Below, in pieces: positions 56,588 through 64,000 of a stretch of DNA of 64,000 nt. Location of the stretch: assembly GCA_032128875.1 (NCBI GenBank), contig JAVLKG010000001.1, positions 416,001-480,000 of the forward strand, read 5' to 3'. Positions within the stretch are counted from its first letter, which is position 1. Each line of letters starts with the position of its first letter. A program made the translations under genes and the position numbers. This DNA comes from Candidatus Melainabacteria bacterium 17Bon1m. Lineage in GTDB: Bacteria; Cyanobacteriota; Vampirovibrionia; Obscuribacterales; Obscuribacteraceae. The notes under the pieces were generated by a model that saw only the letters and a list, made by a program, of their open reading frames with translations, ran no database searches and was not told the DNA's origin.

Positions 56588-58077
56588 CAGGCTCGTTTCT
56601 CCGCTAATGCTTCGGTACTTGTGGCTTGAGACAACGGCAACTCCAAAATAATTGAATTGCCATCGCCAAGGCGCTTGTAACTAATCGATCCGTGATGCCT
56701 CTGCAAAATTGGGACTGCTATAGCTAGACCTAGTGTGTGGACTTTGCAGCCGCCGGCTATTTGTGCTTGATGCAGTTTGTCGAAAAGTTTTGACGCTTCT
56801 TCGTCTCCTAGAGGCACTGCTTGGTCTGACACTTCCAGTTGATAACAATCATTCGACGCAGCTCCATTCACTATGATCCTGCTACCTTCTGGCGCCCTTG
56901 AAGCTGAAATGCGAAGTATTCTTTCCAGCACCCGAGAAATTTGCTCTCGGTCGATCTTTAGCGGCGCATCTTCGGTTCGGTTCACCACATGGAAACAACC
57001 AAGATATGATGCTTGCCCTAAAGTATGAGATACCAGATCTTCGCTATTGCAATCCTTCAAATCGAGCTTCACTTCACTATTTTCAAAGCTTTCCATAAGA
57101 AGCAGGTCATTAACTAAAGAGAGGCAATTTTGAAGAGCCTGACTGGCCTCTTCCAGGTTTTGTGATCCGCTTTCGCTTAGTGAGTCAGACATGAATTTGC
57201 TCAATGTTGCGAGTGATATATCGGCAGCCATGAGCGGGCTGCGAACATCGTGAGCCATCATTTGCATGAGCGAGCGACGATAATCCGCTATGTCCGCGAG
57301 TTTCCAACTGACTTTAGCCAATTCAACGCTGATTTCCCGCAACTCGTCGCTGCCTGTAATGACTTCATTTAAGGGTTCATTTAGGGTCAATTTTTTTGCC
57401 ATGTCGGATAAGGCATTTATTCTGCCCATCATGTTTTTGTGAAATTCTCGGTACAAAAACAGCGCTAGAAGGACGTTTGCAACGAGTCCGACCCAGATAA
57501 TCTGAGAGATTAGCGTTATTTCCCGTCTTTGGGACTGGAGCGACTGCAAATAGTTATCTCTGATTGCGGCTTGTTCGTCGTGTAAAAGACGGCTCTCTTT
57601 TCCGCCAATTTTTACCCATTCGTTAATGCGCCTCATCTTTATGAATATGTTGGCGAAGCTCATGCTTGGGTCTTCGGCCTTGATGAAGATTTCTTGTTGT
57701 CTTTTTAAGAGGCTTGATATCTCACGTTGAAAAGTCGCGTGGTTCTCGTCTCTAGGCATATTGTTTTCGACCTGAGCCAGGTCATCACGAACAATCGCCC
57801 AGCCTTGATTGATGAGCGGGCTGAAGAATCTATGCGACCCATTCATCATCGCATTACTTCCACCCAGAAGAATTTCCGTGACAGCATAAATAGCATGCGT
57901 GAGCTTGAGTACTACTGTCATTTGTTTCCGACTCGTTTCTATTTGAGATTCTGCCTGTGTTGCAGCTCTATTCAGAATCAAGAGGAGGAAGCAATTTATG
58001 AGCAGAGGCAGAAGCACCAGGGAGAGTCCTTGTAATAGGAGCCCTGATTTGAAACGTGGTGTCTTTAAGATAGGCAC
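56587..58077 (-). CDS. Membrane histidine-kinase-like protein; canonical H-box, degenerate ATPase
   Basis: 2 TM; MAHDVRSPL; N box reads ERILRISA, G1 reads DQAVPL. Confidence 0.8.
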   Translation of the reverse strand: MPILKTPRFKSGLLLQGLSLVLLPLLINCFLLLILNRAATQAESQIETSRKQMTVVLKLTHAIYAVTEILLGGSNAMMNGSHRFFSPLINQGWAIVRDDLAQVENNMPRDENHATFQREISSLLKRQQEIFIKAEDPSMSFANIFIKMRRINEWVKIGGKESRLLHDEQAAIRDNYLQSLQSQRREITLISQIIWVGLVANVLLALFLYREFHKNMMGRINALSDMAKKLTLNEPLNEVITGSDELREISVELAKVSWKLADIADYRRSLMQMMAHDVRSPLMAADISLATLSKFMSDSLSESGSQNLEEASQALQNCLSLVNDLLLMESFENSEVKLDLKDCNSEDLVSHTLGQASYLGCFHVVNRTEDAPLKIDREQISRVLERILRISASRAPEGSRIIVNGAASNDCYQLEVSDQAVPLGDEEASKLFDKLHQAQIAGGCKVHTLGLAIAVPILQRHHGSISYKRLGDGNSIILELPLSQATSTEALAEKRA

Positions 58078-58306
58078 TCGAGTTCTCGCTTACTTGCCTG
58101 CAAGCAAGTGATGCATACTCATTTATTTTGTCAGGTTAAAGACGAAATTGGCAAATTCGATGCTTGGATTGGTTCATGCAGCCTGGGTTCAGAACCTGGC
58201 TAGATTTTGCGCTGTTCTCTCATCCTTGCGTACGATATAGGCACTTGCATACCTTGTTATCATTCTTCTGCCTTGGAACTCCGAAATTCGCAAAGGCAGG
58301 TGTGTC

Positions 58307-58522
58307 ATGGAATTCATCGAGCTGAAAAAAGATATTTATCTGGCCCTCATAGTTTTGGGTCTTATTCTCCTTTTCATCGGAATACGAATGGCTCATAACG
58401 CATTCGGTGTCGATCTGGCCGGAACAATCCTTTTCTTGGTCGTTACCATTCAAGGAAGCGTTTGCTTCGGATTCGGTGCATTTACGTGGCTTCTAGAAGA
58501 AGACCCTGAGATTTGGAATTGA
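58307..58522 (+). CDS. Small two-TM membrane protein
   Basis: 71 aa hydrophobic ORF with AGGTG RBS. Confidence 0.6.
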   Translation: MEFIELKKDIYLALIVLGLILLFIGIRMAHNAFGVDLAGTILFLVVTIQGSVCFGFGAFTWLLEEDPEIWN

Positions 58523-58609
58523 GATATTAGATTCGTAGCCGGATGTTCTTGCACTCGAGGTGACTGTTCATTTTGCTCGGATGGGTACACCCAAGATTAT
58601 TCGGTTTAA

Positions 58610-58625
58610 TCATCCCAAAGAACGA
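58610..58625. promoter_or_regulatory. Regulon box upstream of alpha-2-macroglobulin
   Basis: TCAT-CCCAAAGA-ACGA. Confidence 0.6.
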
Positions 58626-58819
58626 TACGCCTGCCTCTGAAAGCGCCGGAGATTAGCGTTTTTCAGTGCTTGTCAGTTGTTCCCGGAATTCGCTGTAAAT
58701 TAGTTTCACCCCTGCAAAACCTGCAACTGACCTCAATTATGGTAAACCTTTCACCATGCAGCGGTTTTGTGCAATCGCTCTGCGTGAAAGTCTTCGTCAT
58801 TACATGCTGGGGTAAAGTT

Positions 58820-61800
58820 ATGCGCTCTTTCGTTTTCGATAAGTGGTTGTCTCGTGGTAGCAAGCGGCGCAGGTCGAAAACAGATATTTCTATTGCACTC
58901 GGGCTGACTGTTGTTTCCCTAAGCATCGCCAGTTCGCAAGCTATGACCGGTAGTATTCCAACTGAATTTTGGAAGAAAACTGCTGCTCAATCGCTCGGTA
59001 GCTCGAATCGTTTTCTTACATTCATGAGCACAGATAAGCCACTCTACAAGAGTGGTGAGAGAGTCTTCGTTCGTGGCGTTATGCTTGACTCTTCAAGTCA
59101 CCAACCCAAAACAGGTTACGGCGGCAACGCATATATTCAAGTGCGGGGGCCGCGCGGGCAAGCCATTGCGAGCGGACAGGCTCAAATTCACGACAGCATT
59201 TGGTCTTATGCTTGGAACATCAGCCGCGATCAAGCCGGCGGTGAATATACGATTGTTGTCAGCTACCCATTTGGAGGGCACGCACCAGCGGAGCGCAAAG
59301 TGGACGTACGCTCATATCGCGCTCCACGGCTGAAGACGCAGCTGATTTTTGCACGCGATGGATACGGACCGGGTGATGTTGTCACTGCATCGCTATACGC
59401 GAAACGCGCCGAAGGCGGCATTCCTGCGAATGCAAAAGTGACGATTAAACCACTCGTAGACGGAGTTCCAATTGAGGCAGGCACAAGCAAAATTGACTCG
59501 AATGGCTTTTGTCGCATTTCATTTAGTCTGCCGCAACACATTGAGCGTGGTGACGGAACGCTTGCGCTTGTGATTGAAGACCAAGGTGTTGTTGAAACAA
59601 CATCCAAGACGATTCCAATTCTGTTGCAGAGCGTCGATTTGCAAATGTTTCCAGAGGGTGGTGACATTGTCGCTGGGTTTAAGAATCGTGTGTATGTGCA
59701 GGCGTTTTTGCCTAATGGCAAACCTGCCGATCTTCAGGCGCGTGTTATAGAAGAGCCGATTTCAGGCAAGAGGGTGGTCGCCAGTGTTTCGCATAAGCCC
59801 AATAAAAAGGGCGCAAAGAAAACGACTGTCGTCCACAATATCGTCAATTCTACGAATGCGCTTGCGTTCTTCCGCACAGAGCATGAAGGAATGGGCCGTT
59901 TTGAATTCACTCCTCAGGCAAACAAAAAATACTTTTTGCAAATTTCAAAACCGTCGGGAATTAAGAAGCTATACCCGCTACCCGCAGTGAAGTCAATCGG
60001 CGCGGTACTCCATTCAGAAAGTGATGTGGTCAAAAAGTTACAGCCGCTTCGCATCAAGGTTGGCAATAAATCTGCATGCCGAATTACCGTATCGAAGCAA
60101 GACAGAGAAATCGCATCGCGAATCATTAGTGCAACAGCCAGAGCAAACGGCACAAGTGGTGAGTTGGTGCCTATCGAGTTTCCTTTACCGCATGATGTTG
60201 ATGGTGTCTTGACTGTGACGGTATGGAATGAGTTCGACAAGCCTCTAGCTGAACGGTTGATTTTCCGTGAGCCCGAGAAGACTCTCAACATCACAGTGCG
60301 CGCAGATAAAAACACCTATGCGCCTGGCGAGAAAGCGCAAATTACTGTGCGCACTACAGATGAGAATGGCAGACCAATATCGGCGATGGTTGGAATGACC
60401 GTCACTGATGACAGTGTTCTGCAAATGATTGAAAAGAGAGACCAGCCACCACGTCTTCCTGTAATGGTTCTTCTCGAGCCTGAAGTGAAAGATCTGGCAG
60501 ATGCGCAGTTTTACCTCAATCCTGCTATTCCGAAATCCAGCCTAGCTACGGACCTTTTGTTAGGGACACAAGGATGGCGACGCTTCGCGTATCTAACTAC
60601 TGATGCGTTTATTCAGCAGTACGGAGATAAAGCTAGACGTGTTTTAGTAATGTCAGAGCAAAGAAACCAGGCACCGCAGCAGTTTCCCATCTCCAGTCCA
60701 CGTCGTAATCGCGCATCCTTTGGTTCTCCTCTTCGCACCAGTATCGGTGCCGGTACCGGCGCAGCCTTAGGAACTGCAATTGGTGCTATCTCTGGAGGGC
60801 GTACGAATGGCAGAGGAGCGTGGTCTGGTACCGCCATCGGTGCTGGAACTGGAGTGCCGTCTCAGCTGAAGCGGAAGTTCGATGCTGACAGTCAGCCGGG
60901 CGCACGTTTTAAATTTGCGCCCAACCAGTATGTGAATGAACCGCTCAGCCTTCCCGAAGAGGTGGGACGAGTTGAGGGTCCACGCGACGTAAATATGTTC
61001 CAGGTCGAACCCACAATTATTGATGAGCGACACTATTCTACTGGGCGTGCAGAGCGTCATCAGAAGACGAGTCCGACACTGCCTGAAGGTGCACCAATTC
61101 CGGACGAAGGGCAGACCGGGCAGCTTGCGCAATTGAGTAGTATGGATAGGTATTCTTTCTACACCCCACCGCGCAGTACGGACACAATCAATTCGATGTT
61201 TGCGGTGCGTGTCTTCTCACACCAAGCTCGACCGAACAGAAGCAGTACTGATCGCAAGGACTTCAGCGAGACTCTCTTTTGGTCCCCCGGAACCAAGACC
61301 GATGCGCGAACTGGCGAAGCAACAATCAGTTTTGATCTTAGCGATAGCATTTCCACGTTTGAAGTTGCGGCCGATGGATTTTCCAGTGGTGGCTTAATTG
61401 GTGCGAAGAAGCTTGAGATCAAATCTCTGAGACCTTTCTATGCGGAAGCGAAAATTCCGCTTGAGGTCACATCTGGCGACCAAATCATGTTGCCGCTCAA
61501 TTTGGTAAACGGTACTAATAGTGTTCTCACCGCAGTAGGTTTGAAAGTCGATCTACCTCAAGCGTTTAAATTGCTTGCTCCTCTCAAACTGCCGCAGCAG
61601 TTGAGTGGTGGCGAGAGAGCAAGAGTGTTACAGCCCATTCAAGTCGGGGCAGCAGACAAGGTATCGCATCTCAGAATTGAAGCAAAGGCCGGCAACAACG
61701 TCGACATTGTCGAAAGAGAAATCGAAGTTAGACCGGTAGGCTTCCCTGTAGAGAAGGCGTTTGCTGGAGTTTTAGAACCCGGCAAATCCGCCAAGATTAG

Positions 61801-63331
61801 TGTGAATATCGAGGAAAGTATGGTACCGGCAAGCTTGGGCACAAAGGCGGAAATTTATCCAACGCCGCTTGCAAATCTCACAAGCGCGCTAGAGCGTTTG
61901 ATTCAGGACCCTTATGGCTGTTTTGAGCAGACTTCATCAACAAGCTATCCGCTGACGATGGCTCAGCAATACTTCAAGTCTCATCCGGATGTTGATCCTA
62001 AGTTGATTTCGACCTCTCGCGAGAAACTTGAGGACGGTTATAAGAAGTTGGTTTCGTTCTGGTGCCCGGATCGTGGATACGAGTGGTTTGGACACAACCC
62101 AGGGCATGAGCCCCTTACAGCTTACGGATTAATGCATTTTGCTGACATGAGAAAGGTCGCCAAAATCGACGAGGTGATGTTTACAACCACACGTGCTTGG
62201 CTGATGAAGCAGAAAGATGGCAAGGGCGGCTTTACACGCAAGGCTCAAAGTATTCATACCTGGACTGCCGACAAGGACTGCTCTAACGCGTATATCGTCT
62301 GGTCTCTACTGGAAACAGGGGAGCAGGCTTCTAATCTTAAATCTGAGTTGGATTCATTAAGAAGCGCAGCGACTGCCAGTCAAGACAGCTATGTTGTTGC
62401 ACTAGCAGCTAACGCGTTCGATTTGGCAGGAGATAAGCAATTTTCGAAGTCATTGATGAAGCGGCTTGCATCTCTGCAGAAGAGTGATGGCAGTGTCGAC
62501 AAGGTGAAGAATTCAGTTGTCGGTAGTTCTGGTGAAGCTCTCGAATTGGAGGGTGTTGCTCTGGCAACTCTTGCGTGGTTACGCAACGACGAGTTTTCGG
62601 CCAATGTTCAAAAGAGCATGAAATTCCTTGCCGAGTCTTGCAAAGCTGGAAGATATGGTTCTACCCAATCTACAGTTTTATCTCTGCGAGCAATTCTTGC
62701 TTACGACAAGAAGAATGCTCACCCAAAGGCACCCGGAAAGATTCACGTCTTTGCCGATGGAAAGCCGGTTGCAGATGTAGCTTTTGATGAGAAAGCAAAG
62801 GAATCCATCAAGCTGCCAGATTTGACCGAAATACTCTCTCCTGGCGAGCATGAAATTGAGTTGAAAATGGAAGGCGGTTCTGCGATGCCATATGCAGTGG
62901 CAGCAAATTACAATCGTTTGACGCCTGAAAGCAGTAAAGACTGTAAGCTTGATCTCAGTGTCAATCTCTCGCAGCACCAACTGATTGAAGGTTCTTCGGC
63001 GGAAGTCATTGCAACGGTCACCAACAAGGTTGATGCTGTCGTTCCAAATCCTGTAGCAATTATCGGTTTGCCAGGAGGATTTGAGCCGCGACATACGCAA
63101 CTCAAAGAACTTGTTAAAGGACGCAAAATTGATGCCTACGAAGTGCGTGGGCGCGAGGTCGTGCTCTACTGGCGCGGACTAGATAAGAACGAAAAGATCT
63201 CGGTACCTATCAGTGTAATTGCTTCTGTTCCGGGTAAGTTCACTGGACCAGCAAGTCGTTCATATCTGTATTACACAGATGAGCATAAGAAGTGGACGGA
63301 TGGATTGACGGTCGAGATTGCAGCGAGGTAA
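58820..63331 (+). CDS. Alpha-2-macroglobulin-family thioester protein
   Basis: STDKPLYK.GE.V (MG2), FPEGG, D...Y.PGE, R.DF.ETLFW, thioester PYGCFEQ, STQ.T; N-terminal signal-like segment. Confidence 0.92.
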   Translation: MRSFVFDKWLSRGSKRRRSKTDISIALGLTVVSLSIASSQAMTGSIPTEFWKKTAAQSLGSSNRFLTFMSTDKPLYKSGERVFVRGVMLDSSSHQPKTGYGGNAYIQVRGPRGQAIASGQAQIHDSIWSYAWNISRDQAGGEYTIVVSYPFGGHAPAERKVDVRSYRAPRLKTQLIFARDGYGPGDVVTASLYAKRAEGGIPANAKVTIKPLVDGVPIEAGTSKIDSNGFCRISFSLPQHIERGDGTLALVIEDQGVVETTSKTIPILLQSVDLQMFPEGGDIVAGFKNRVYVQAFLPNGKPADLQARVIEEPISGKRVVASVSHKPNKKGAKKTTVVHNIVNSTNALAFFRTEHEGMGRFEFTPQANKKYFLQISKPSGIKKLYPLPAVKSIGAVLHSESDVVKKLQPLRIKVGNKSACRITVSKQDREIASRIISATARANGTSGELVPIEFPLPHDVDGVLTVTVWNEFDKPLAERLIFREPEKTLNITVRADKNTYAPGEKAQITVRTTDENGRPISAMVGMTVTDDSVLQMIEKRDQPPRLPVMVLLEPEVKDLADAQFYLNPAIPKSSLATDLLLGTQGWRRFAYLTTDAFIQQYGDKARRVLVMSEQRNQAPQQFPISSPRRNRASFGSPLRTSIGAGTGAALGTAIGAISGGRTNGRGAWSGTAIGAGTGVPSQLKRKFDADSQPGARFKFAPNQYVNEPLSLPEEVGRVEGPRDVNMFQVEPTIIDERHYSTGRAERHQKTSPTLPEGAPIPDEGQTGQLAQLSSMDRYSFYTPPRSTDTINSMFAVRVFSHQARPNRSSTDRKDFSETLFWSPGTKTDARTGEATISFDLSDSISTFEVAADGFSSGGLIGAKKLEIKSLRPFYAEAKIPLEVTSGDQIMLPLNLVNGTNSVLTAVGLKVDLPQAFKLLAPLKLPQQLSGGERARVLQPIQVGAADKVSHLRIEAKAGNNVDIVEREIEVRPVGFPVEKAFAGVLEPGKSAKISVNIEESMVPASLGTKAEIYPTPLANLTSALERLIQDPYGCFEQTSSTSYPLTMAQQYFKSHPDVDPKLISTSREKLEDGYKKLVSFWCPDRGYEWFGHNPGHEPLTAYGLMHFADMRKVAKIDEVMFTTTRAWLMKQKDGKGGFTRKAQSIHTWTADKDCSNAYIVWSLLETGEQASNLKSELDSLRSAATASQDSYVVALAANAFDLAGDKQFSKSLMKRLASLQKSDGSVDKVKNSVVGSSGEALELEGVALATLAWLRNDEFSANVQKSMKFLAESCKAGRYGSTQSTVLSLRAILAYDKKNAHPKAPGKIHVFADGKPVADVAFDEKAKESIKLPDLTEILSPGEHEIELKMEGGSAMPYAVAANYNRLTPESSKDCKLDLSVNLSQHQLIEGSSAEVIATVTNKVDAVVPNPVAIIGLPGGFEPRHTQLKELVKGRKIDAYEVRGREVVLYWRGLDKNEKISVPISVIASVPGKFTGPASRSYLYYTDEHKKWTDGLTVEIAAR

Positions 63332-63374
63332 ACAACCAGCAGGAAGAAAGCCCTTCGGCTGAATTATTCACTTC

Positions 63375-63420
63375 AAACAAAGGAGGTTTCCAGTTAAATA
63401 ACCGGAAACCTCCTTTGTTT
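63375..63420. terminator. Bidirectional intrinsic terminator
   Basis: AAACAAAGGAGGTTTCC (63375-63391) / GGAAACCTCCTTTGTTT (63404-63420). Confidence 0.85.
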
Positions 63421-63461
63421 GTGCGTTGGGTGAGCTGCTGAAGCTAGCTGCATTTTCCTTG

Positions 63462-63791
63462 CTAGTTCAAGCTCTCAAACTTCAATTGCTTTTCTGCTTC
63501 CAACCAATCCTCGCGATCGAAACCATGTGCGTATCCGCGTTGTTCGAAGAGCAAATAGGCGCGTTGTGCAATTTGCTCGAATTGGATCTGTGAAGACTGT
63601 GCAGTTTTCTTCTCGATTTTTTCAGGTGCCTTGATGGCTTCTGCTGTTTCCGTTTGAATCGGTTTTTCTGCCGGCGTTGGTTTTTCAACTGTTGCAGATT
63701 TGGCTACCGGAGCGCTCTTTGTGGATTTTGCTGCTGTTGTTTTGGGTGCTGGATTTTTTGGTGCTGGATTTTTAGTCGATGTTGTTTTCAC
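63462..63791 (-). CDS. DUF2934-domain protein with K/A/P/T-rich N-terminus
   Basis: IAQRAYLLFEQRG..HG.D.EDWLEAE.QL; KNPAP repeated twice; start uncertain. Confidence 0.8.
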   Translation of the reverse strand: MKTTSTKNPAPKNPAPKTTAAKSTKSAPVAKSATVEKPTPAEKPIQTETAEAIKAPEKIEKKTAQSSQIQFEQIAQRAYLLFEQRGYAHGFDREDWLEAEKQLKFESLN

Positions 63792-64000
63792 TTGAACCTT
63801 CGCTTTCGTAGTTTTGGGTGTAGGTGCCTTCGTTGCCGGTTGTTTAGCGGCTGAAACTGTTGATGCTGGCTAGTAAATGATCTGTGCGCGCCTTTTGGCA
63901 GGCAAAAAATATATATCCAAAAGTACGCCAGGAATCAGACGCATATTATGGATTTGCACTTCCCATTTGTCACGTCGTGTACCAACCAAAGGCGCAGTTA

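Noticed and set aside
1-64000. CRISPR arrays, tRNA or rRNA genes, IS elements
   Set aside because: No regularly spaced repeats, cloverleaf or rRNA signatures, or transposase ORFs were seen. The dispersed palindromes are degenerate and promoter-positioned, unlike REP or CRISPR repeats.

Overview
A gene-dense bacterial accessory region that reads as one coordinated low-oxygen/NO-stress (dormancy/fermentation) island. Gene style suggests a cyanobacteria-related lineage such as Melainabacteria/Obscuribacterales, but this is inference only. Contents: the 5' part of a quinol-type nitric oxide reductase (missed by the ORF track), a single-domain globin, 12 universal stress protein genes, Hsp20, an HPF/RaiA protein, two P-type ATPases, stand-alone PRTase, erythromycin-esterase-like and alpha/beta hydrolase genes, a complete group 3b [NiFe]-hydrogenase with hyp genes, a CoA-transferase, PEP synthase, FtsH, c-type cytochromes, a desaturase, an avidin-like protein, a metallothionein-like peptide and an alpha-2-macroglobulin. 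At the centre, a globin-coupled PAS histidine kinase is divergently paired with a NarL/LuxR response regulator. The intergenic DNA holds about 20 copies of a 16-bp palindrome (consensus TCATACnnnnGTATGA, perfect at 24762-24779), often in tandem and repeatedly 22 nt upstream of a -10-like hexamer. Two of these promoters point at non-coding DNA and may drive small RNAs. The whole resembles the mycobacterial DosRST regulon built on a different, globin-type sensor. No rRNA, tRNA, CRISPR array or intact mobile element was seen.
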